A DNA stretch of 64,000 bases. It comes from Lama guanicoe (taxonomy: Eukaryota). A model generated the notes under the pieces. It worked only from the letters and a program-made list of their open reading frames with translations, did no database searches and was not told where the DNA came from. The stretch spans positions 124,001 to 188,000 of the forward strand of contig MU053334.1 of assembly GCA_013239625.1 (NCBI GenBank), read 5' to 3'. A program made the position numbers and the translations under genes. Every line of letters begins with the position of its first letter. The first letter of the stretch is position 1. Below, one piece after another: positions 1 to 40,365 of the stretch.

Positions 1-382
1 CCCGGCCCGCCGACCCAGGATGCCCCCGCACCCTCTGACGCCATCCCACCCCCTGACGCCATTCCAGTCCCCGACACCATCCCGCCTCCCGATGCCATCC
101 CACCCACCGACTCCATCCCACCCCCGGAGCCCAGCCAGCCCCCCGACAGTGTCCCGGCCCCTGATTCTGATTCCATCCGGGTCCCCGACGACGCCAACTG
201 GGTCCCTGACGACGCCAACCGGGTCCCTGACGTTACCACACCCCCTGGCACCAACCTGCCCCCTGTCTCCATCCCCACCCCTGGCTCCACCACGGCCGAG
301 CCCCAGCCGCAGGCCTACAGGAGACGAGCCAAGATCACGGGCCGGGAGCGCAAGGCTATGAGAGTCCTGCCCGTGGTGGTCG
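1..382 (+). CDS. DRD4: Dopamine receptor D4, exon 3 (5'-truncated by window); third intracellular loop to start of TM6
   Basis: Frame 1 is open from base 1 and ends RRRAKITGRERKAMRVLPVVVG, the DRD4 IL3/TM6 motif; donor G|GTGGGT at 382/383. Confidence 0.95.
34..290 (+). repeat. Degenerate in-frame 18/21-bp coding tandem repeat in DRD4 exon 3
   Basis: Units DAIPPP/DAIPVP/DTIPPP/DAIPPT/DSIPPP, then VPDDANW/VPDDANR. Confidence 0.85.
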
Positions 383-501
383 GTGGGTACCGGTCCCAGG
401 GCTGTGGGCGGAGGGGCAGACGGCAGAGCCCAAGGTGTGAGGCAGCGCCCAGGGCCAGCAGCACTGGGACTCGCTCAAGGCGCCCCCAACCCCTCCCCCA
501 G

Positions 502-704
502 GGGCCTTCCTGGTGTGTTGGACACCCTTCTTTGTCGTGCACATCACACGGGCGCTGTGTCCCACGTGCGCCGTGTCCCCGCGGCTGGTCAGCGCGGTCA
601 CCTGGCTGGGCTACGTCAACAGCGCCCTCAACCCCGTCATCTACACCATCTTCAACACCGAGTTCCGCAACGTCTTTCGCAAGACTCTGCGCCTCTGCTG
701 CTGA
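502..704 (+). CDS. DRD4: Dopamine receptor D4, terminal exon 4 (TM6-TM7, C-tail)
   Basis: Acceptor ccccag|GG; (G)[19 protein letters not shown]...[33 protein letters not shown]; contains GPCR CWxP and NPxxY motifs. Confidence 0.97.
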
Positions 705-902
705 GCAGACGCCCACCCGCCGCAGTTCCCCTGCCAGGACCCAGCCTTGCCTGGGGCTTTGTGGGCGGAGTTAAACAGATCCCAAACACCAGCTGGGAAG
801 GCTTCTGGCGGCAGGGCAGAGCAGGGCAGTGAGGCAGGGAGGAGGAGCCTTTACCCCTGGTGGAGCCCAAGCCTGCACTGACCACCCCCCATGGCCAGTT
901 AA

Positions 903-990
903 CCCTCCCTCTCTCCCTTCCTCCCTCCTTCCTCCCTCCCATCCCTCCCTCCTTCTTCCCCCCTCCCTCCCTCCTTCCTTCCTTCCTTCC
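903..990 (+). repeat. Polypyrimidine (CCCT/CCTT)n low-complexity tract
   Basis: Nearly pure C/T run with ccct and cctt units. Confidence 0.85.
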
Positions 991-2432
991 CAGGAAGCCC
1001 AGAAAACAGACCCCACAGAGCCAGGTCCTGGCTCTGGCCCTGGGGTGGGTGGGGAGGCTCCGCCCAAGGAGAAGTCTGGGGCACAGGGGAAGCCCTTGCC
1101 TGGAAACGCTGTCCCCAGCTCACACCCTTCTCTTACGCGCTCCCTCCCCCATACACCCTGCCTGCTGCAGCCCACCCCGACCCTGACGCCTCCTCCCCGC
1201 ATCCCAGCGGGCCCCGCTCCACCATCCCGGCGCCACAGCTGAGCTGGCCCTGCCCACTGCTTTGCAGCTGCCTTAAGGTCAGAACACAGCTCACTGCCAG
1301 CTCCCGCCCGACCCTAGAGGCCCGAAGCCTGGAGGGGGCCTGGGGTGCGGAGTGGTCTCATGGAGGCAGCCTCCCTCCAGGCAGGGCCAAGCACAGACCC
1401 ACTCGATCAGGCTCAGGCTCGGGTGAGAGCAGGGGGCGCCGCCCCTCCCCCACCCACAGCGTGGCCCCTTCAACCTGAAACCAACCAGCCCGCCCCGTGC
1501 AAGAAGCAGGGGAGGTGCGAAGCCGCTGCGCCCCAGGGCTGTGGCTGAGCTTTCCTGTCCAGGACACTGCCTGTGACCAAGACAGTCACTGCCAGGTGCT
1601 AAGTTCTCTCTAAACATGAGAAACGGGCTGTGAGGTGCATGGCATGGGGCCTCACCGTGTTAAAATATTTCTGGACGGGCCACCCCTCCCCGTCTCTGGG
1701 TGATGACTCTCCCCTGCTCAGGGTCTCAGCTGCTGCCTCCTCCGAGAAGCCTCTCCTGACCACCCCCCAGGACCAGCCTGTCCCTGGGAGAGGCTTGTCC
1801 TCAGGGAACTAAGAACTGGGGGCTGATGCTGATGAGGGGTGCCGTGTCCCTGTGCCCCCCAGCGTCTGACACAAGGTGGGAGTGGGGGGAATGTGGCAGG
1901 ACCCCAGCTCTGGTCGCCACTTCGGCTTCCAGTACCTTCTGGCCTGTGAAGCAGGACGGCTGCAGCGGACACCTGGGTCCCCCCAGGAGGGGCCCAGGTG
2001 GCATGACCTCCCCTGGGCCAGACGCCTGCCCCGGAGCTGGGCTGTGGTCCCTCTGGGAACCTCAGACTTGAAGTACAGACCAGGGAGGGGGCCACTGGGC
2101 TGACAGCAGGATCAGGGCTGGAGAGAGGGGCCCTGACTATGGCCCCTGCTGTCCATTTCCGTTGCTCACGCCACATGCGCCTGAGGGCCTTCTGTGATCA
2201 CTTCCGGTGGTCAGAGCTGGCTTCTGCTGCCTCCAAGACGGTCTCAAGCAGCACATACTTGCCAGCTGGCCATGGGGACCGCTGCTCTGCCCACCGCACC
2301 CGGGGGTCCAGATGCTCCTCCTATCTCTTGTATGCCGGGGGAGCTGCTAAGAGGGCTGGGCTAGCGGGTGCACCTCATCTCAGGAGCAGAGCTGAGGATG
2401 GGCTGGGACCTGCTCATGGTCCCGCAGTGTCC

Positions 2433-2446
2433 CTGCCACCTAGTGG
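2433..2446 (-). promoter_or_regulatory. Candidate CTCF binding site
   Basis: Reverse complement CCACTAGGTGGCAG matches the CCASYAGRKGGCRS core at every position. Confidence 0.6.
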
Positions 2447-4041
2447 GAAGACTCCTGTGACCCCCAAGAGGGGGACAGGTGGACATGGGGGACAGGTGCA
2501 GATCCACAGAGCCTGGCTGACCTGGAGGCCCCAGTAGGCCCCAGACTGTCCATACACACTGGGCCAGGCCCACTGTTCTGAGGGTCACCCCAGCCTGCAG
2601 CTCCGGGAGCCTCAGCTCAGAGGACCTGCACTCCCACCAGCCGACAGCCGGCCCGCTCTGCCCCTCCTGCTGCTTCTGGCAGGAGACGCGGAACTACGAT
2701 GATGCTGACGCACCCCTGGCGCCCGGACAGCGACTTCCAGGAGCCACCTGATGTCCAGGGTGACGTGGAGACAGCTTCACAAGCTCCAAAATGATATACT
2801 TTGGAAAACCAGGCCCAAAATGTGCAGCCCGCCCCTCAAGGTTCTATTTTAAAGAAAATGAGAGGAGGAAGCGGCCCCACGGTCCCAGGAACCATGCCCC
2901 GTGAACAGCTTCCCTGCAGAGCCTGGTCCCAGGGAGGCTGCTGCCCAGAGCTGCCGCGGGCTGGGACCAGGATGTCTCCCCGTAGGCCACGCATCTGCCA
3001 AGTCGCCGCTCTGGCATTTCCAGGTTTGGGGGACCCTTCTCGGGACAAAGCCCTTCACCAACCCCTCTGCCGAGGCTGCCACGGCCCCGCTCCCCACGTC
3101 CTCACCTTCCCGCCTGCCCCCTCTGCTCTGCAGAACATCCCCCCACACCCTGCAAGGCTGGGCCCCTGCAGGCTGGAAAGGCAGGAAGAGGAAACCAGCA
3201 CGGGGGCGTCACAAGCACTTGTTACACGAAGGAAACCCAAGCAACCCCACTTCATCCACAGAGCCGCCTGGAACGAGGCAGCGGGGCTCCTGGAGCGCCA
3301 GGCTCGGCCGGGGGGATGGGCTCCTGAGCTCACACCCATGTCCTGCTGGGTCTTCAGCCACCCCCTCGGCTTACCGGGTGCCAGTGTCCCCAGAGCAAGT
3401 GTCCACGGGCTATGGACTCAGAAGAACCTTCTGGAAGCAGAGCTGGGGGAATCTTTCCACTCCGTAGTGGTATCAACGTGGCAGACAGTGCCGCAGAGGT
3501 GGCGTCAGTTAGTCAGTTCAAGTCTGTGAATTAGTCTGAACAGCGGGGCTGCGTCAGGCTGCCCTCGAGGGGTCTTTCCGCTGCTCGGAGCCTCGGCCTT
3601 CTCCCCCGACGCCCTCCGGGCACAGATCCAGTGACGCAGGCCTAGGGCTCTCCTGGAAACCTGGGTTCCCGGGATGGCCTGCGCAGCTGGGAGGGGCCGG
3701 GGTCTCAGGCGCAGAGGGGAGGAGGCGCCTCATCCGGGTTACACTCCAGCCCCGCCAGGGAGGCCGCAGGTCCAGACACCGCGTCACCCAGAGACTGCAC
3801 GGGGGCTCGGCTGTCCCGGCTGGCGGCTCCAGGCCTGAGGGATCCTGGTGTGGGGGCAGTGCCCCGCCCCCCAGCTCCTCGATGGATGGAGGGCTGCAGG
3901 CCGGCCTTGCCTGACCCAGTGGGCAATGCACATTCCGAGTCCGGCGTCCAAGCTGCGCAATCAGGCCAGTGAAAGCGAGCCCCCACCCAGCATCAGGGGT
4001 GGGAGCTGGAGCCGCCACCCGGGTGGGTGCGGGGCATCAAC

Positions 4042-4047
4042 TTTATT
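4042..4047 (-). terminator. DEAF1 polyadenylation signal AATAAA
   Basis: tttatt on +, about 280 nt past the DEAF1 stop codon. Confidence 0.8.
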
Positions 4048-4323
4048 GACAGACACATATGTACACGCGTGTTACAGGACACCACACACCGTAGGGAAGA
4101 CCAGATGCTCATGATCCAGGGGATAAAAACAGCACCGTGAGCGGCGTCCACCGGCCGCACCGGAGAGGCCGCGCTCCGCCCTTCCTCGGGGCTGGCAGCA
4201 GGCGTCCACTTCCAAGGGCGCCGGTCACTCAGTGTCCGCTAACAACTTGGCCAGCAAGTTTCTTCTCCTCCTTCTCAGCATCCCTGCCATCCTGGGGTCC
4301 TTCCTGTGCCAGGCCCGCAGCCC

Positions 4324-27589
<23,266 letters not shown>

Positions 27590-28123
27590 CTAGAGCCCGG
27601 AACCGAGGGGGGCCGAAGTCGTCCGAAGTGCGGAGCCGAGTCTGCCCGAATTGGTCCGAGGCCGCACGAGGGTTTTCGAGAGGCTCTGCGCTAGCCCTCC
27701 TCAGTGCCTATGAAGCCGCGCGGGCCGCGGCCCCAGCTAACTGTGAGACCGACTCTCGCCGGCTTCCGACGCAGCGTGACCCGGCCAAGAGAACCTGGTG
27801 CCGCAGACTCCGTTCGCCCCCGCCGCCTGCACGAGCCGAGTCCTCCCGAGGTGGAGCCGAGCGGTGCCGAACGCTCCCGAGCCCGGATCCTTACGCGCCT
27901 CGGCTCTCCGCCTCCTCCTGTCCGAAAGCGCCCGAGCGCTGTCGGACAGGCTAATCGGGCCTCGGCCACAGTTCGGAAGCAACTCCCGAAACGCGGCGCC
28001 GTCGAGCCGCTTCGGGAGCAGAAGCGAAAATGGCCGAAGGGACGCCGCTCGCGTCCGGGACCGAGAGGCTGCCGGGATCGAGGCGGACTCGGCGGGCGGG
28101 GCGGGGCGGAGTCTGGGGGCAAG

Positions 28124-34337
<6,214 letters not shown>

Positions 34338-35163
34338 ATGGGCAGTGCCCAGGCCCCCAGGACAGCCCTGGACAGGCGCCTCCTCCTGAGAGCTAGACTG
34401 TCCCCCAGCCATCACCTCCCTTGCCGCTGACCCGCTGACCTGCTGACTTGCCGTGGTGTCAGAAGCTCAGGTGGTGTGGGGTGGTCTGTAGATCTTCGGT
34501 GGAGGTGGGGCCTGGAACCAGGCAGAAGAGGGCGCTGGGGCCAGGGGCTGGGCACGGCAGGAGCTGGGATGGGGCTGTCTCCGAGGGGAATCACAGGGAC
34601 AGGTGTGCAGCCCCCGCCTTTGGCTGGTGAGGCCCTCACTTCAGTTGCTACCCCGACCCCTGAGGACAAGGGACAGGGCCCTGCTGAAAGCAGGCAGCCA
34701 GGCTGGTGCCTCTGGGGGTCTGGCTGCCTCCCTCGGGCGTGGGGTTGGAGGTCCGTGCTCTGTGGGGTCGGGCGTGGAGCTTCGGGACAGCGGTAGGGGA
34801 CAGGGGCCCTCCACCATCTGCAGGCCCGTCCTGGACCAACAGTGCACTCAGCCTTCCTTGAGAAAGTAAACAGCAGGGCGCCAGGCGGCACAAGGCCCAC
34901 AAGTCCTGCCCCTTGGGGATTCTGAAGAAAGGTGATCTGCAAACCCCGGGGCTGAGGAGTGGGGGCTAGAGACTGGCTGTCACACTTTGTCCCGGAAGGA
35001 TTCCAGCCATGGGGTTGGTTTTGCGAGTGCGCTGTGAGTGCTCCGTGAAGAAATCCAAGCGGACGTTTTCTAGTAACTCCTTCTTTTGTTTCAATCGCAC
35101 ATTGTCTGTGTTTAGAACAACCTTGTGTTCAAATATCTGGATATTTTCTCCTCACTTTTTTTA

Positions 35164-35169
35164 AATAAA
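35164..35169 (+). terminator. TMEM80 polyadenylation signal AATAAA
   Basis: AATAAA about 830 nt after the stop, in a T-rich context. Confidence 0.7.
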
Positions 35170-35275
35170 TGTTTATATTTCCCTGAATTTCTCCTAATTA
35201 AAGCCACCTACACCTGCCAGCGTTCTCCAGGGTTCTCCCCCACCCCACCCCCGTGCTGGAGCACAGGCCCCGCCC

Positions 35276-35941
35276 NNNNNNNNNNNNNNNNNNNNNNNNN
35301 NNNNNNNNNNNNNNNNNNNNNNNNNNNNNNNNNNNNNNNNNNNNNNNNNNNNNNNNNNNNNNNNNNNNNNNNNNNNNNNNNNNNNNNNNNNNNNNNNNNN
35401 NNNNNNNNNNNNNNNNNNNNNNNNNNNNNNNNNNNNNNNNNNNNNNNNNNNNNNNNNNNNNNNNNNNNNNNNNNNNNNNNNNNNNNNNNNNNNNNNNNNN
35501 NNNNNNNNNNNNNNNNNNNNNNNNNNNNNNNNNNNNNNNNNNNNNNNNNNNNNNNNNNNNNNNNNNNNNNNNNNNNNNNNNNNNNNNNNNNNNNNNNNNN
35601 NNNNNNNNNNNNNNNNNNNNNNNNNNNNNNNNNNNNNNNNNNNNNNNNNNNNNNNNNNNNNNNNNNNNNNNNNNNNNNNNNNNNNNNNNNNNNNNNNNNN
35701 NNNNNNNNNNNNNNNNNNNNNNNNNNNNNNNNNNNNNNNNNNNNNNNNNNNNNNNNNNNNNNNNNNNNNNNNNNNNNNNNNNNNNNNNNNNNNNNNNNNN
35801 NNNNNNNNNNNNNNNNNNNNNNNNNNNNNNNNNNNNNNNNNNNNNNNNNNNNNNNNNNNNNNNNNNNNNNNNNNNNNNNNNNNNNNNNNNNNNNNNNNNN
35901 NNNNNNNNNNNNNNNNNNNNNNNNNNNNNNNNNNNNNNNNN
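35276..35941. other. Assembly gap (N run)
   Basis: Run of N. Confidence 1.
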
Positions 35942-37449
35942 GCCTTTTTCTTTTTTTTTTTTTTTTTTTTTAATATACAAGAGCCAGAAACATTTATGTC
36001 TGCCTTGTTCTTGGGGGGACTCGAGAGACTTTTGGCTTGGGACGAGTGCACGCCTGTAGCCCCGAAGGCCAGGTGGAGGCACCCTCCTGCTTGCCCACCC
36101 TGTCCATTCAGCAGTCCCCACATCCTGCTGCCCTGGGCACTTGCCCTGTGGACTCAGGGAGGCTGGGGTGGGAAGGAAGCACCTGCTATTCGGGGGATGC
36201 TCAGTCCTGCCCCTGCAAGCCCAGGGGGCGTGTTATGTTGCCCGCCAGGTTTGTAACCTGTCTGGGGGTCTGGGCCAGGCCCTTGACACCCCCGTCACTT
36301 TGGCCACAGGGCATAACACACTCAAGGTGGCCACCAACCAGCCTGGGACTCCAGGCCCTGGCTGCATCTTTGAGAGGGTCAGTGCTCCAGATCTGGACCC
36401 ACTGGCCATCACACTGATTTCAGGCGTGGAGAGTGCCCACCTCAGCCACTCCTTCCCCGTGTGCCTTCCCATGTGTCGCACATCTGGGCTCAGCTCCCAA
36501 GGAGGGCCGGGGCAGGCATATGCCCTCTCCCCCGTGTTGTCGGCAGAGTGAGGAGAGAACCAGGAAGCCAGGCCTCAGGGGCAGGGCTGGGCCCGATGGT
36601 GAAGGCCACTTCCTGTGCCCTGCATAAGCTCCCCAGTAATGCCCCAGATAGCAGACCTGCCCTGGGGTCCTGGCAATGTGGGAAAGGACAGCACCCCTGA
36701 CCTTCCAGGACTGAGTGTGCCTCTTCTCTGGACTCCCCAGGAAGTGCTCCGTAACAGCCCCAGCAAACACACCAGCTGCCCTGCCCTTCCTGGACCATGA
36801 CCCTGGGACCCTGCCTCCTGGCACACCCTTTTCTGCTCCCCCCCACCCCAGAAACAACAGTGGGAGCCCTGGGGTCCCTGCAGGTGCCTACCACTGCCCG
36901 GTCTGCCCTCTGCCAATTCACTTCCTCTTCTCCCAGCTCGGTGGGCAGAGCCATCCTGAGGGTCGGTTCAGGAGGAGGAAAGGACAGAACTGTGGGCAGA
37001 GCTTGGGGCCTAGGCTCAGGAGGGTGTCACTGCCCAGGCAGCCTCGTGTCAACTATTTACCGTGCACTCAAGGACAGCCTGGGCCACAGACACCCCAACC
37101 CTCTCATCGGCCAACCCCGCCCCTCGGGTGCCCACACTGGGCTGGACCGACACAAAGAGAATTGAGGAGCTCCTAGATGGTGGAAGAAGGAGACCCATTC
37201 ACCTGGCAAGGTCAGAGCGCAGGACTGCAGGGTCTCTGGCTGGTGATCCTGCCTTTGAGACCCACCCACAGACTGAAGCCTGGCTCTAGAGCTCCCTCCA
37301 GACCAGAGGGGCCCCCTCTGAAGAGAATAGGACTCTGCCCTGGGTCCTGGGGTGCCTGAGGCTGGGGGACACCTGGCAGGGTCAGGTCTGACCTCCCCAA
37401 GATTCCTCTCCACCCCTCTGGGGCGCATCAGCTCGGCCTGCCCCTGGAA

Positions 37450-38120
37450 GGTTTCAGAGCTTCACGGTGCAATGTAGCCCTGCACACCCCCGCGATGGAT
37501 GGGCTCCCGGCCCCGCCCACCCATCCGTGGGCGCCCCACCTGTAGGAGGGGGTTGGCGCAGGGGACCCCGGAGTAGGTGTGGGGACCATCGGCTGGGAGC
37601 CCCGGCGGGGGCGGGTCTGGAGCGGGGACATGGTGGGGGCAGGGCATCCACGTCCCGCCCCCGCCCCGGCCCAGAGCCCGCCCTAGCGCTGCGACTCTAA
37701 CCTGCCGCTCAGGTTCCTCCCCGCGCCCCGCCCCGGCCCCTCCCCGCGCCCCCCCCTCCTCCAGAGCCAGGCGCCGACAGACGGGCGGACGGACGCGCGG
37801 ACCAGAGACCAGCGGGCAGCCAGGAGCGGGTCTGCGAGGAACAGGTGAGCGCCCCGCCGGGTCCTGGTCCCAGCGCGCCCGACCCCACCTGGTGCCCCGG
37901 GAGCCCAGCGCACGGAAGGCACACCGACCGGGCCTCAGTTTCCCCAGGTGGCGGTGCGATGCGGGGCTCTGGTCTGGGTCTGCAGACCTGGCCGGGGCGC
38001 AGGGGGCATCGGGCAGAGGGTCTGCGCTGGGCCAGCGGGCCTCCCCTAGGCAGGTGGCCAGGAGCCCAGTCCCAACGGCCGGGCCTGCCCCGTCCGGTCC
38101 TGGGGCGGCGCCGGGCACTG
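37450..38120 (+). promoter_or_regulatory. EPS8L2 CpG-island promoter; non-coding exon 1 probably ends at 37844
   Basis: CpG-rich with multiple ccgccc GC boxes; strong donor ACAG|GTGAGC at 37844/37845. Confidence 0.75.
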
Positions 38121-40321
38121 AGTTTGTAAGCCAGTGGCTTCTGAGTCAGCCTGCGCCTCCCAGCCTTGGGGCTCCGTGGGGGAACCCCCTCCTCCAGTGA
38201 AGAGGGTGTTGAGGGGATTCTGCCCCTTTGCTCCACCCCAAGGCTCCACACTGCCCTGCCGGGACAGGCTGGGGCTTCTTTGGAGCCAGACACTTGCATA
38301 TGCCAGCTGGCTTCCTGGGTGTCGGAGCCAGGACAAAATGCAGGGCCGGGAGAGCGTCAGGTTGGGGTCAGGCTCCTGGTCAAGGTTGGGGTGTGGGGAT
38401 TTCAGGGAGAAGGGCTGGGGGCTAAGCTGCCACATCCTGTGTGCCTCTGACCAGGCTGGGCCAGGCTGGGGCAGCCTCTGTGCGTGAGGTGCCCCTGGTG
38501 GCAGAGGAGCTGGGTAGACAGGGCTCCTGGCGATTCTGAAGTGCGCCACAGACCACCTCTGCCCCCGCCCCGGGTGTAGTCAGGCCGGGTGTGCTGGGAG
38601 GCAGGGCCCAGCTGGCTACGCCTCTGCTCCCCGCTTCTGCACCTCCCCCATGGCCCTGCCCAGGCCTGGGCCTCCCCCGGTCCCTGCCTGGTGCAGTCGG
38701 CAGCGGCGGCTCAGCACTCCGCCCAGCCCTGTCTCAGACCTCTCTGCCTGCCTCGGTCTCCCAAGTGCACACTCCATGCCCACCTGTTCCCCACCCACGG
38801 CTTCCCAGACCTGGGCACAGCCAGAGCCCAAGGGGCTCCCCAGTTCCAGGGCCCCACCCGGCTCCCCTGGGCTTTAAGCTGACTCCTCCCCAAGGTCACT
38901 CAGCTTCAAGCTGGAATTTGAACTTGGAGCTGGTCCCTCCGCCCTCCCTGACCTGCTGAGGCCTCCTCCCCCTCCACTACCTCACTGGGCACCATGCTAG
39001 GCCCTCCCTTTGCACCCGGAAAATGGCCACAGGAAAACCAAAGTGCAGTCTGGGCCCCAGGGCCCTCGGGGCCAGTGACATCCCCACCCCAGTCAGCTGA
39101 AGACATTGCCCAGCTGCCCGCTGGAGCTGGCCTCTCAGTGGCCCCTCCCCCAGCTGCTCCTGGACCCAGGAGCCAGGGCCTGGACCCACCTTCCTGGTTG
39201 GCCCTAAGGCCCCCACCCCACCCCACCAAGGAGCTGAAGGCCTCGGCTCCCCAAGGAGAGGGCCTAGTGTCACAGCCTAGCTCCCTCCCTGTGTGTGCCC
39301 ACAGGCCTGGGTTTCGCCCAGGTGTGTGTGAGTATCTGGACACACAAGCCGAGCAGCCTGGGCTCAGCCCGCCAGGAATCCCATTAAGCAAACACTCGGG
39401 CTCACCCACTGAGGTCATGAGCATTCCGGACATTCTCCACGGACAGATGGACAGAGGAATCTGGCCAAGGCCCGGACCCTCTGTGGCATGTGGGAAGGGG
39501 AGGCCTGAAGCCCCCAGACCCCTCACACCTCCAGGGAGCCCTCCTTGTAGGCAGTACCTGGTCAAACCAGAAAGTCCTGGACACTCCCTGCCCTGGATAC
39601 CCACACCCCTGCTTTGTAACCCAGGCCCTGGCAAACCCCTCAAGAGTGAAGCCACAGGTGGATGGCCTCACCGGTGACACTTGATGGGGGCGCGGTGTGG
39701 GCCCAGAGGTCCCCACAGGGCACAGAATCCCACAGGCTCTGCTAGCCCTCAGAGGGTGGGCTCTGGCTGGGCTCCGGGTCCCAGCCCCTGCCCCCACCCC
39801 AGGCTCCAGGCTCCTCCTGTGCTGCCTTTCTCTGCTGTCTGGGTCCCACCTGCCTCAGGGCCTTTGAACACACTGCTTCCTCTGACAGATGCTTCCTCCC
39901 TCTGACCCCCCTTCAGAGCCCCCAGGACACCCTACTCTCAACCCCACCCCGGCAGCCCTTGGGGTGGGGCCCCCTTCTGGGGGTCCCTGTGGAGGATGGG
40001 GTCTGGGGAGACACAGGGCTGCAGCGAACACCAGCTGGGATATGGACCGGGGTGGTCCTCGTGTGTCCAGAAGGCAGGGCTCTGCTCCCGGAGGACCAGG
40101 CCCCTTGGGGAATCTGACCAGACCATCAGCGCTCCAGACCCTGGGTCTGGGTGGAGGGGGGAAGTCCCAGGCCCTATGCTGGGGGTGCCCAGGTGCCTGC
40201 CAGGCTCCAGCAAGATGTCAGCTTGGCTCTCTGTCTACACAGGTGTGGGCCGGGCACTAAGCCCTGGACTCAGACCACACTGAGATCTGCCCTTTCACTG
40301 CCAGCCACCGTCGAGGACACC

Positions 40322-40365
40322 ATGAGCCAACTGGGGTCTGGGAGCTGTTGCCCGGGTGCTGCCAA
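40322..40365 (+). CDS. EPS8L2: EPS8L2 exon 2, coding part (exon starts ~40243)
   Basis: acc[23 protein letters not shown](N)|gtgagc. Confidence 0.9.

Noticed and set aside
20..361. 113-aa Pro/Thr-rich ORF
   Set aside because: Alternative frame of the DRD4 exon 3 repeat; the true frame is frame 1
2716..2734. REST/RE1 element near DRD4
   Set aside because: Only the right half-site (GGACAGCG) matches; the left half and spacing are poor
35125..36123. Long ORFs containing X runs
   Set aside because: Artefacts of the assembly gap
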